64,000 nucleotides of DNA from an uncultured Gammaproteobacteria bacterium (GTDB lineage Bacteria > Patescibacteriota > Microgenomatia > Daviesbacterales > UBA10151), in contig CAZJNI010000005.1 in NCBI GenBank assembly GCA_964547465.1, positions 7,020 through 71,019 on the forward strand, written 5' to 3'. Numbering within the stretch: the stretch's first letter is position 1; each line of letters opens with the position of its first letter. A program made the position numbers and the translations under genes. Shown piece by piece: positions 9,697 to 18,732 of this stretch. The notes beneath the pieces are model-generated. The model was not told the origin of the DNA. It ran no database searches and worked only from the letters and a program-made list of their open reading frames with translations.

Positions 9697-9780
9697 CCGC
9701 GGACTGAAAGTCCGCGGTTTTCATTAAAAGTTTACAAGAAACTGCAGAAAACCCCGCTTTAAGAAAGCGGGGTTTTCTGC
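9697..9780. terminator. Two strong hairpins between convergent genes
   Basis: ccgcggact-gaa-agtccgcgg (9697-9717) and gcagaaaaccccgcttt-aag-aaagcggggttttctgc (9744-9780). Confidence 0.65.
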
Positions 9781-9799
9781 TAGTGATTATAAGGGGGGT

Positions 9800-10510
9800 T
9801 CACTTCCCAAAATTTCTTTTTTGGGCTTTATACCAAAGAATAGCTTTTTTAAGCTCTAACCCGTCAAAATCCGGCCAAAGTTTTCTGGTAAAATACAGTT
9901 CAGAATAAGCTGTTTGCCAAAGCAGGAAATTAGACAGCCTGATTCTGCCTCCGGTTCTTATTACCAGTTCAGGATCAGCCTGACCTTTGGTATAGAGATG
10001 TGCATCCATTAGCTCTTCATTTATCTTGTCCACATCTATGCCTTTTTTAACAATATCTTTTATAGCTTCCAGAAGCTCTTTTTTCCCGCCATAATTTAGG
10101 GCAATATTTAACTCAATTGATTCATTTTTTATATAAACTTTTTTTATCTCATCTAATAATCTTTTTATAGCAGACGGTAAACCTTGAATTTGACCTAAAA
10201 TAGTCACCCTGACTCCGTTTTGCATCATCTTTTTAAGTTTACTGTGATAAACCACTCTCATAAGGTTAAATAAACCAAACACTTCCCTTTTAGCCCGCTC
10301 TTTAATGTTTTCTGTGGAGAGGGCATAAACAGTGATAGTCTTAATCCCCAATTTTTGGGCAGCATCAACGACCCTTTCTAAAGCCTCTGCTCCTGCCTCA
10401 TGACCTTTGATGGCAGGAAGATTATGTGCTTTAGCCCATCTTCTGTTCCCATCCATAATTATGGCTATATGACTTGGTATATTTTTAATACTTAAGTTTT
10501 TTTTGTCCAT
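9800..10510 (-). CDS. uppS: Undecaprenyl diphosphate synthase
   Basis: HIAIIMDGNRRWA; IRTGG.IRLSNFLLWQ; C-terminal RNFG. Confidence 0.95.
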   Translation of the reverse strand: MDKKNLSIKNIPSHIAIIMDGNRRWAKAHNLPAIKGHEAGAEALERVVDAAQKLGIKTITVYALSTENIKERAKREVFGLFNLMRVVYHSKLKKMMQNGVRVTILGQIQGLPSAIKRLLDEIKKVYIKNESIELNIALNYGGKKELLEAIKDIVKKGIDVDKINEELMDAHLYTKGQADPELVIRTGGRIRLSNFLLWQTAYSELYFTRKLWPDFDGLELKKAILWYKAQKRNFGK

Positions 10511-10520
10511 ATTTCAAATA

Positions 10521-10591
10521 GATTTAAGATTTATGATATATAATTTAAGAATTGTTTTTAATCTTAAATCGTAAATCTTTATTCATAAATC
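10521..10591. repeat. Inverted pair of 7-bp tandem arrays (GATTTAA / TTAAATC)
   Basis: gatttaa gatttat gatatat aatttaa ... aatctta aatcgta aatcttt attcata aatc. Confidence 0.75.
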
Positions 10592-11480
10592 ACTTGTCTC
10601 TTTCTACCAAATAATCTACCATCTCTTCCAGTAATTTCCTCATTTTCTCATCCTTGGTTATCTTAGGAATGACCTTTTTAGCCTCAAGTGTATATTTTAG
10701 CGCTTTTGATTTTGCCTGATCTGCAGATACTGCTTCCCTATCTAAAATATCATCTTGTATCTGAAAAGCCACCCCTGCATTCTCCCCAAATACCCCTAAT
10801 TCCCTAACTACCCTCTCATCTGCTCCTCCTAAAATTGCTCCTATTTGAAGCGGACCGGCAATTGTATATTTCGCTGTTTTGTTAATGTTAATAAATTTAA
10901 TATCCTTCTCACTTTCCCCTTTACCCTTTACCCTTTCCCCTAATTCCACATCCAAAACCTGTCCCCAACCGGTATTTATGATTATTTGGGAAAGATGGTT
11001 TAGAGCTTTTATCTTTATATCTCCCAAAAAGTTAGATTCTGTAATTATTTTTATCGGCAAGTACAAGCTGATATCACCTATATTGATTGCTTGTGAAACC
11101 CCGTAATGATCCCCAGCAACACGCCCGTCCTTCGGACGTGACAAAGCCTGATATAGAGATGGTTGCCCTCTTCTTGTCAGGCTTTTATCCATAATATCAT
11201 CATGAATTAAAAGACCGGCATGTAATATCTCAAAAGCTGCACCAATCCACACTACGTCATTGCGAGGTCCGCCTTGGCGGACCGTGGCAATCTCATATCC
11301 AAGCTTTACCAGTACTCCTCTAATTCTTTTCCCACCTTTGCAGGAATTTATCAGACCTAGCGCAAACGGTATCAGTTTAGTATTAGTGTTTTTTACATCA
11401 TTTAGAAATTGAGAAAGTATTTTCTCCAACTCCTGGTCAACTTGACGGGCACCTTTTTCCAAATATTTCTTAAAATCCAT
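10590..11480 (-). CDS. Polyprenyl synthetase (IspA/GGPP synthase family)
   Basis: GGKRIR, LIHDDIMD, RRG, GQ, KTA and FQIQDDILD motifs. Confidence 0.9.
   Translation of the reverse strand: MDFKKYLEKGARQVDQELEKILSQFLNDVKNTNTKLIPFALGLINSCKGGKRIRGVLVKLGYEIATVRQGGPRNDVVWIGAAFEILHAGLLIHDDIMDKSLTRRGQPSLYQALSRPKDGRVAGDHYGVSQAINIGDISLYLPIKIITESNFLGDIKIKALNHLSQIIINTGWGQVLDVELGERVKGKGESEKDIKFININKTAKYTIAGPLQIGAILGGADERVVRELGVFGENAGVAFQIQDDILDREAVSADQAKSKALKYTLEAKKVIPKITKDEKMRKLLEEMVDYLVERDK
11256..11294. repeat. GTCATTGCGAG palindrome, single half, in frame in the polyprenyl synthetase
   Basis: gtcattgcgag gtccgcc-tt-ggcggac cgtggcaatctc; encodes EIATVRQGGPRND. Confidence 0.85.
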
Positions 11481-11526
11481 ATATCTTGGACGATTCTATC
11501 ATATTCTGGTAGAATTGGGGCTCAAA

Positions 11527-12678
11527 ATGAAAAACAATATTAGCCTGCGTGATTTTACCTCTGCTAAAAAAAGACGCGAGGCCTTAGAAAAAAAATTAAA
11601 TGTTAAGCTAGAAAATATTAGTAATTTTTCTTTTATAGAAGAACAAGTTTCTGGTAGGAATATAGAAAACCTAATTGGAGCAACCCAAATCCCTTTGGGC
11701 GTTGCCGGTCCATTACAAGTTAAAAGTTCAAAGTTAAAAGTTAAAAGTTATTTTATTCCTTTAGCCACCACAGAAGGGGCATTAGTTGCTTCCATTTCCA
11801 GAGGCTGCAAAGCTGTAACAGAGGCGGGCGGAGTAAAAGTTTTTGTTGAAGACGTAGGACAGACGCGCGGGCCGGTTTTTAAAACCGAAGGCATTGAACA
11901 TAGCATGAAAGTTAAAAAATGGATTAATACCCATATCTCCCAACTCTCCCTAGTCACCCAAAAAACCTCAACCCACCTGAAACTGCTAAATTTAAAAACT
12001 TCTTTAGTTGGCAAAAATCTTTTTGTCAGATTTTCCTATTCCACTCAAGATGCCATGGGCATGAATATGGCAACAATTGCCACAGAGGCAGCAGTAAAAC
12101 TGATTGAGAAAAAAACAAAAGCAGAATGTATTGCTCTTGCCGGAAATTATGACATAGATAAAAAGGCTGCCTGGTTAAATTTTATAAAAGGACGGGGTAA
12201 AAAAGTCTGGGCAGAAGCCACATTATCAAAAAAAATTGTCAAAGAAGTTTTAAAAACAACTCCCCAAAATTTTGTAGAAGTAGTAAAAAGAAAAACTCAT
12301 TTAGGTTCAATAATGAGCGGCTCTTTGGGTTTTAACTCCCATTTTTCCAATATTATTGCGGCAATTTTTGCTGCCACCGGACAGGATTTAGCTCATGTTG
12401 TAGAAGGATCTTTAGGAGTAACTGATGCAGAAATAGAAAAAAATGGTGATCTCTATTTTTCAATTTATTTGCCATCACTTCAGGTTGGAACTATTGGCGG
12501 CGGGACACATCTTCCAACCCAAAAAGAGGCCTTGGAAATTATGAAAGTTTCCAGTGTGCTAGAATATTCCCGGGTTGTGGGTGCAGCTGTCTTGGCTGGC
12601 GAGCTCTCTTTGATAGCCAGTCTAACTGAGGGATCACTAGCCAAAGCCCATCAAAAATTAGGAAGGAAAGGAAAATGA
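11527..12678 (+). CDS. hmgA: HMG-CoA reductase (class I type)
   Basis: IENLIG, PLATTEGALVAS, DAMGMNM, GTIGGGT, LAGELS. Confidence 0.92.
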   Translation: MKNNISLRDFTSAKKRREALEKKLNVKLENISNFSFIEEQVSGRNIENLIGATQIPLGVAGPLQVKSSKLKVKSYFIPLATTEGALVASISRGCKAVTEAGGVKVFVEDVGQTRGPVFKTEGIEHSMKVKKWINTHISQLSLVTQKTSTHLKLLNLKTSLVGKNLFVRFSYSTQDAMGMNMATIATEAAVKLIEKKTKAECIALAGNYDIDKKAAWLNFIKGRGKKVWAEATLSKKIVKEVLKTTPQNFVEVVKRKTHLGSIMSGSLGFNSHFSNIIAAIFAATGQDLAHVVEGSLGVTDAEIEKNGDLYFSIYLPSLQVGTIGGGTHLPTQKEALEIMKVSSVLEYSRVVGAAVLAGELSLIASLTEGSLAKAHQKLGRKGK

Positions 12679-13718
12679 TTGGAATTGTTTCTTATGGGGC
12701 ATACATCCCAAAATATAGAATAAAGCCATCCCAGATTGCTAAAACCTGGGGCAAAGAAGTTAGTGAGATTGAAAAATCTTTGGGAGTATACGAGAAAGCA
12801 GTTGCCTCATATGATGAGGATACTATCACTTTAGCCATAGAAGCAGCCAATAAAGCCATTCAAAATGGCCTAATTGATCCTAAAACAATTGGTGGAATCA
12901 CCATTGGTTCAGAATCTCACCCTTACGTAGTTAAACCCTCCTCCACCACAGTTGCGGAAATTTTAGGCATGGGAACAGATTTTCTAGCAGCTGATTTGGA
13001 ATTTGCCTGCAAAGCAGGAACAGCCGGCATCCAACTTTTATCAGGACTTATTACCCAAGGTAAAACAAAATATATCCTTGCCATAGGTTCTGATGTGGCT
13101 CAATCTAAACCTGCTGATGTTTTAGAATATACTGCATCTTCTGCTTCAGCAGCTTTTGTCTTAGGTAAAACAAATAGCATTGCAAATATAGTTGATTTTA
13201 TCTCTTATTCATCTGACACTCCGGATTTTTGGAGAAAAGACAGCGAAAAATTCCCCTCCCATGCCGGCAGGTTTACCGGACAACCGGCTTACTTTGCCCA
13301 TGTGATAGGAGCAAGCCAAAAATTGTTAAAGAAAACAAAAATAAAACCAGAGGATTTTGATCATGCCATCTTTCATATGCCCAATGTTAAATTTCCCAAA
13401 GAGGTAGCTAAAAAATTAGGCTTTAGCCTTAAACAATTAACAGCAGGATTTGTAGTTGAGCAAATTGGTAATCCTTATTCTGCCTCATCAATGGTGGGAC
13501 TGGCTGCAACGCTGGATGTTGCAAAAGTAGGCCAGTTAATTTTTATGTGCTCATACGGATCAGGTGCAGGGTCAGATGCTTTTGTATTTGAAGTAACTCC
13601 GGAAATTAAAGCTTACCAAAAAAGAAATTTGGAAACGGTGGCAAGACAAATTAAACATAAGGAATACATTGATTACTCATTAATTGCAAGGAATATTTTG
13701 ACTAAATATAGAATCTAA
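12675..13718 (+). CDS. HMG-CoA synthase (archaeal type)
   Basis: GSESHPY, DLEFACKAGT, GNPYSA, SYGSGAGSD. Confidence 0.92.
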   Translation: MIGIVSYGAYIPKYRIKPSQIAKTWGKEVSEIEKSLGVYEKAVASYDEDTITLAIEAANKAIQNGLIDPKTIGGITIGSESHPYVVKPSSTTVAEILGMGTDFLAADLEFACKAGTAGIQLLSGLITQGKTKYILAIGSDVAQSKPADVLEYTASSASAAFVLGKTNSIANIVDFISYSSDTPDFWRKDSEKFPSHAGRFTGQPAYFAHVIGASQKLLKKTKIKPEDFDHAIFHMPNVKFPKEVAKKLGFSLKQLTAGFVVEQIGNPYSASSMVGLAATLDVAKVGQLIFMCSYGSGAGSDAFVFEVTPEIKAYQKRNLETVARQIKHKEYIDYSLIARNILTKYRI

Positions 13719-13725
13719 CTTTAGC

Positions 13726-13801
13726 GTCATTGCGAGCCCCGAAGGGGCGTGGCAATCTTAATTAAGAAAGATTCCCACGTCGCTTCGCTCCTCGGAATGA
13801 C
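13726..13801. repeat. GTCA palindromic doublet, intergenic
   Basis: gtcattgcgagccccgaaggggcgtggcaatc...gattcccacg...ctcggaatgac. Confidence 0.9.
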
Positions 13802-13815
13802 AGAAGAAAAGAATT

Positions 13816-14967
13816 ATGAGAATTAAAGTACTTGGTACTGGTTTAACAAAATTTGGAGAGCTTTGGAGCAAAGACTTGTTGGATCTGGCCTTAGATGCCT
13901 CCATTGAAGCAATTAACGATTCACGATTAACGATTAACGAGATTGACGCTGTATTTGTGGCTAATATGTTGCATGGAAAGCTAGCCGGCCAGGATCATCT
14001 GGGAGCTTTAGTTGCTTCAACTCTGGGCATTAAAGGAGCATCTTTTAGAATTGAAGGAGCCTGTGCATCCGGTGGTTTGGCAGTGCATTTGGCAATCCAG
14101 TCCTTACTTGCAGGAACATATAAAAATGTCCTGGTAGTTGGAGCAGAAAAAATGACAGACGCTTCCTCTTCTGAAATTGGTTCAGCTTTAATGGGAGCAG
14201 GATCAGAACAAGAAAGAAAAGCAGGTCTGACTTTCCCTGCTTTATATGCTTTAATGGCCAAAGCTCATATGCAAAAATATGGCACTACCAGAAAGCATTT
14301 AGCTTCAGTTTCTGTTAAAAATCACTTTCATGCCTCAATGAATGAAAAAGCCCAGTTTCCATATGAAGTCACAATGGAAAAAGTTTTGGAATCTCCTGTT
14401 ATTTCATCCCCCTTTACCCTTTTTGATGCCTCCCCTATTACAGACGGAGCAGGTGCTGTTATACTTTCCTCTGTCATTCCCTCGAAAGAGGGAATCCATA
14501 CAAATAGCGTCTACCTCACAGGTTCTGCAGTAGCCACAGATACTGTTGATTTATCCTCCAGAAAATCCTTATTGGAGATTACCGCCACCAAAGAGGCCTC
14601 CCAAAAAGCTCTAGCTCAAGCCGGAGTTGAGATAAAAGATATTCACTTGGCTGAAGTTCATGATTGTTTCACCATTGCTGAAATTTTAGCCATGGAGGAT
14701 TTAGGATTTTGTAAAAAAGGGCTGGGAGGAGAGTTTGTTCAAAAAGGTCATACCAGATTAGGCGGAAAACTACCTGTTAATACATCAGGCGGTTTAAAAG
14801 CTTGTGGCCATCCGGTTGCTGCAACCGGCTTGAAACAGATTATAGAAGTTACTCACCAACTGCAAAAGCGGGCAGGTAAAAGGCAAGTTCACGGAGCAAA
14901 TGTAGGTTTGACACATAATGTGGGGGGATCAGGGGCAACAGTAGTGGTCCATATTTTACAATCATGA
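13816..14967 (+). CDS. Acetyl-CoA acetyltransferase (thiolase, archaeal/SCP2 type)
   Basis: EGACASG, EVHDCF, VNTSGGLKACGHP, HNVGG. Confidence 0.9.
   Translation: MRIKVLGTGLTKFGELWSKDLLDLALDASIEAINDSRLTINEIDAVFVANMLHGKLAGQDHLGALVASTLGIKGASFRIEGACASGGLAVHLAIQSLLAGTYKNVLVVGAEKMTDASSSEIGSALMGAGSEQERKAGLTFPALYALMAKAHMQKYGTTRKHLASVSVKNHFHASMNEKAQFPYEVTMEKVLESPVISSPFTLFDASPITDGAGAVILSSVIPSKEGIHTNSVYLTGSAVATDTVDLSSRKSLLEITATKEASQKALAQAGVEIKDIHLAEVHDCFTIAEILAMEDLGFCKKGLGGEFVQKGHTRLGGKLPVNTSGGLKACGHPVAATGLKQIIEVTHQLQKRAGKRQVHGANVGLTHNVGGSGATVVVHILQS
14473..14497. repeat. GTC-ATTCCC-N8-GGGAAT half element in frame in the thiolase
   Basis: gtcattccctcgaaagagggaatcc; encodes VIPSKEGI. Confidence 0.8.
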
Positions 14968-15260
14968 GTACGCCAGCCAGTATTTGGAGACAACATAAAA
15001 CTCTGCATTCTTACTTAAATAAGGTTGGTCGGCTATTGGTTTGGACAAAAATCTTTGTGGCTCCTACTGGCTTTGAGCACCAAACTCCATATTTGGTGGG
15101 TATTGTAGATTTTGCAGACCACAAAATGCCTTTGCAAATTGTGGATTGTGAAGAGGCGGATTTAAAAGTAAATATGAAGGTAATAACTGTTATCAGGAAA
15201 ATTGGTAAGACACGCGCTGAAGATGTTATTGAGTATGGTCTGAAAGTTAAACCGCTATGA
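14964..15260 (+). CDS. DUF35-type OB-fold protein (thiolase/HMGS scaffold)
   Basis: WTKI..AP.GF....PY.VGIV...I.YG.K pattern; follows the thiolase. Confidence 0.8.
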   Translation: MSTPASIWRQHKTLHSYLNKVGRLLVWTKIFVAPTGFEHQTPYLVGIVDFADHKMPLQIVDCEEADLKVNMKVITVIRKIGKTRAEDVIEYGLKVKPL

Positions 15261-16240
15261 TTACAGTTTCAGCTCCTTGTAAAGTACACTTACTTGGTGA
15301 ATGGGCTGTGGTTTGGGGTAAACCAGCACTTTTAACCACAGTTGATTTAAGAATAACTGTTACCATAAACCCTTCTGTCATTGCGAGGAGGGAGCAGAGC
15401 GACCGACGTGGCAATCTATATTTAAACAAGATTGCTTCGCTCCCTTCGGTCGCTCGCAATGACGAGCTGCGAAAAATCATTGAACCAATCATAAAAAAAG
15501 AGCTCAAGCTTAAAAAAATCCCTCCATATACCTTAAAAATTTCTTCCCAAATCCCTATGGGTGCTCATTTAGGTTCCTCTGCTGCAGTATCAGTTGCCTC
15601 TATTGCTGCGCTTTTAACATTTTTAAAAGTTAAGTGGGATCTGGAATTGATTAATAAACTGGCATATGAGGCAGAAAAAAAAATGCAGGGCAATCCATCT
15701 GGTGCAGATAATTCCACCATCGTTTATGGAGGCTTAATCTGGTACAGAAAGGAAAGTGAGAATTTAAAAATTATCCAACCTCTGGATATCAAAATTTCTC
15801 GATCGAGAAATTTTGTATTAATTCATACAGGCATTCCCAGAGAAACCACCAAGCAAATGATTGCTAAAATTACAGCTAAATTTGACAAAAACCCTAAACT
15901 AAAGGACAAATTTCTGACTTTACAGGAAAAATTAGTCAGAGAACTGTTAACTGCCCTCAAGGAAGACACCGGTGATGTTGAAATGATTCGTATCATTAGA
16001 GCAGGGGAAAGAAATTTGGAAAGCATTGGAGTTTGTTCCCCCACTGTTAAAAAAATTATTAGAAAAATTGAAAAATCTGGCGGTGCTGCCAAAATCTGCG
16101 GAGCAGGAGCATTTTCCGGCCCAACAGGAGTATTGCTTTGTTACCATAAAAATCCATCTATTATCCAAAAAGTTGCAAAATCTTATAATTTAAATTATTT
16201 TAAGGCTAAATTAGGGGTAGAGGGATTAAGATTAGAGTGA
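15257..16240 (+). CDS. GHMP kinase, mevalonate kinase family, copy 1
   Basis: SAPCKVHLLGEWAVV; PMGAHLGSSAA; GNPSGAD; KICGAG. Confidence 0.85.
   Translation: MITVSAPCKVHLLGEWAVVWGKPALLTTVDLRITVTINPSVIARREQSDRRGNLYLNKIASLPSVARNDELRKIIEPIIKKELKLKKIPPYTLKISSQIPMGAHLGSSAAVSVASIAALLTFLKVKWDLELINKLAYEAEKKMQGNPSGADNSTIVYGGLIWYRKESENLKIIQPLDIKISRSRNFVLIHTGIPRETTKQMIAKITAKFDKNPKLKDKFLTLQEKLVRELLTALKEDTGDVEMIRIIRAGERNLESIGVCSPTVKKIIRKIEKSGGAAKICGAGAFSGPTGVLLCYHKNPSIIQKVAKSYNLNYFKAKLGVEGLRLE
15377..15463. repeat. GTCA palindromic doublet in frame in kinase 1
   Basis: gtcattgcgag...gtggcaatc...gattgcttcg...ctcgcaatgac; encodes VIARREQSDRRGNLYLNKIASLPSVARND. Confidence 0.9.
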
Positions 16241-16253
16241 TAACAATTTAACA

Positions 16254-17249
16254 ATGAAACAATCTAACAATTCTATTACAGTTTCAGCGCCGGGAAAATT
16301 AATGTTATTTGGAGAACATGCTGTTGTTTATGGTAAACCTTGTATTATCACAGCTGTTGGCCAGCGAATGAAGGCTACAGTTGAACTCATTGATGAGCCC
16401 ATTTTCCAGCTTGATGCTCCTGATGTAAATGTTTCAGGGTACAAAAAACCAATGGCAGAGCTGGGTAAAGGTAATACTCCTAAAGGAGCCAGATTTGTAG
16501 AAATGGCTATTAAAAACTTTATTACGCACGCAAGGCCAGGCCTTGTGAGGCTAAAGGGAATTAAGGTTACAACTAAATCAGAATTTAATTCTCAATTTGG
16601 ATTTGGCTCATCCTCTGCCTCTACTGTTTGTGTTATTAAAGCTTTATCAGAATTAACTGGTGCTAAACTCTCTAATCAAGCTATTTTTAAACTGGCTTAC
16701 AAAACTGTTTTAGATATTCAAGGAGTTGCCTCTGGTTTTGATGTTGCTGCAGCAACCTTTGGTGGCACTATCTATTATGTTATCGGAGGAAAAGTCTTAC
16801 AACCCCTAACCCTCCCTTCTCTGCCTTTGATTATTGGATACTCTGGGATAAAAGCAGACACAGTAACTTTAGTTAATTTAGTAAAAGAAAAGGCTAAAAA
16901 ATACCCCAAAGTAATTGATGCTATTTATAATTCCATAGGCTTCCTGGTAGACCAAGCCAAAAAAGCACTACTTAAAGGAGATTTTGAAACTGTTGGAGAG
17001 TTAATGAATTTTAATCAAGGATATCTTTCAGTATTAGGTGTCAGCAGTGGTAAACTGGAATCCATGATTCATGCTGCCAGAGATACCGGAGCCTATGGAG
17101 CGAAATTATCAGGAGCAGGTAGCGGAGATTGTATGATTGCTTTGGCTCCACAAAAAACTAGAAAGGATGTTGAGAAAGCTATAATCAAAGCTGGTGGCCA
17201 GGCAATTAATATTAAGGCAAATGTAGAAGGAGTCAGGATAGAATCATGA
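16254..17249 (+). CDS. GHMP kinase, mevalonate kinase family, copy 2
   Basis: SAPGKLMLFGEHAVV; GFGSSSA; SGFD; KLSGAGSGD. Confidence 0.88.
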   Translation: MKQSNNSITVSAPGKLMLFGEHAVVYGKPCIITAVGQRMKATVELIDEPIFQLDAPDVNVSGYKKPMAELGKGNTPKGARFVEMAIKNFITHARPGLVRLKGIKVTTKSEFNSQFGFGSSSASTVCVIKALSELTGAKLSNQAIFKLAYKTVLDIQGVASGFDVAAATFGGTIYYVIGGKVLQPLTLPSLPLIIGYSGIKADTVTLVNLVKEKAKKYPKVIDAIYNSIGFLVDQAKKALLKGDFETVGELMNFNQGYLSVLGVSSGKLESMIHAARDTGAYGAKLSGAGSGDCMIALAPQKTRKDVEKAIIKAGGQAINIKANVEGVRIES

Positions 17250-17743
17250 ACACAACAGATAATCAGAATGAACTTCTAGTAGTTGTTGATCCTGATGATA
17301 AAGTTTTAGACTATCTTCCCCGCAAAGTGGTCCATGCACAAAAATTATTACATAGGACAATAAGCGTTTCTGTTTTCAATGACAAAGGAGAAATACTTCT
17401 CCAAAAAAGAAGTGCTACAAAAGATAGTAATGCTGGTAAGTGGGCTAATGCTGCTGGAGGACATGTAACTAAAAATAAAGATTATGAAGAAACCACAAGT
17501 AGAGAAGTTGAAGAAGAACTTGGCATCCAGCCAAAACTTACTTTAATTAAGAAGATGATAATAAATGATCCAGTCCACACCACCATGACTTGTGTGTACA
17601 AAACTTTTGCAAATGGTCCTTTTGAGTTTAATAAAGAGGAAATTGATGAAGTTAAGTTTTATTCCAAACAAAATTTAAGGACTATTGAAAATCAACTTTC
17701 TGAATCAGCAAGAATTGTTTTACACTTACAAGGAATGATATGA
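17246..17743 (+). CDS. NUDIX hydrolase, IDI type 1-like
   Basis: LHR...LLQKRS..K...W...GGH...REVEEELG. Confidence 0.8.
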   Translation: MNTTDNQNELLVVVDPDDKVLDYLPRKVVHAQKLLHRTISVSVFNDKGEILLQKRSATKDSNAGKWANAAGGHVTKNKDYEETTSREVEEELGIQPKLTLIKKMIINDPVHTTMTCVYKTFANGPFEFNKEEIDEVKFYSKQNLRTIENQLSESARIVLHLQGMI

Positions 17744-18732
17744 AAGCTACAGCTATTGCACCAACTAATATTGCTTTTACCAAATATTGGGGTAAAAAAG
17801 ATGAAGTTTTACGCTTGCCGGAGAATGGTTCTATCTCCATGACTCTAAGCAATCTTTTAGCCACCACTACAGTTGAATTTTCCCCTACTTATAAAAAGGA
17901 TCTGATCATAATAAATGGAGGCGGAGTTGAAGTAGATGAAGCAGAAAGAGTGATTAAACATCTAGACAGAGTCAGAAATTTAGCTTCCCACCTCGAAGGT
18001 GCAAAGCTAAAAGCTAAGGTGGTTTCTAAAAATAATTTTCCCATAGGTACCGGGCTTTCATCCTCTGCTTCTGGCTTTGCAGCATTAACTTTGGCAGCGT
18101 CTCAAGCTGTCGGATTAAAACTTTCAGAAAAGCAGTTATCCGTTCTGGCCAGGCAAGGAGCTGGATCTGCTTGCAGATCTATTCCTTCTGGCTTTGTAGA
18201 ATGGTTAGATGGAAATACTTCTGATACCTCCTATGCCAAACAGATTTTTCCGCCAAATTATTGGGCTATAGCAGATGTAGTGACAATTGTTTCTGAAGGT
18301 AAAAAAGAAGTTTCTTCCTCTTTGGGAATGAAGGTGGCACGCTCCTCCCCTTTTATGAAACTTAGGCTTTCCAGAATGAAGCAGAAGAATAAACAAGTTA
18401 AACAGTTTATAAAAACGCGGAATTTTAAAGCTTTAGGAGAACTTACTGAACAAGATGCGCTGGAACTGCACTCTATTATGTTAACCCAATACCCTCCATT
18501 AATTTATTGGACTCCGGGAACGCTGCAGATTATGAAATTAGTTCCACACTGGAGAAAGATGGGAATTCCTGTTTATTTCACCATTAACACCGGCCAGGAT
18601 ATTCACCTAATTTGTGAGCAAAAAAATGTAGAAAAAGTAGTGGCTAAATTAAAAAGCTTAAATTTTGTAAAAGATATTATCGTTAATACCCCAGGAGAAG
18701 GAGTAAGACTTTCAGAAAAACATCTTTTCTAA
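17740..18732 (+). CDS. mvaD: Diphosphomevalonate decarboxylase
   Basis: NIAFTKYWGK; GLSSSASG; ARQGAGSACRS. Confidence 0.92.
   Translation: MKATAIAPTNIAFTKYWGKKDEVLRLPENGSISMTLSNLLATTTVEFSPTYKKDLIIINGGGVEVDEAERVIKHLDRVRNLASHLEGAKLKAKVVSKNNFPIGTGLSSSASGFAALTLAASQAVGLKLSEKQLSVLARQGAGSACRSIPSGFVEWLDGNTSDTSYAKQIFPPNYWAIADVVTIVSEGKKEVSSSLGMKVARSSPFMKLRLSRMKQKNKQVKQFIKTRNFKALGELTEQDALELHSIMLTQYPPLIYWTPGTLQIMKLVPHWRKMGIPVYFTINTGQDIHLICEQKNVEKVVAKLKSLNFVKDIIVNTPGEGVRLSEKHLF

Noticed and set aside
5294-9835. uppS-derived repeats as a CRISPR array or integron attC sites
   Set aside because: Spacing is 0.5-2.2 kb and irregular, the repeats are not palindromic, and no integrase is present.
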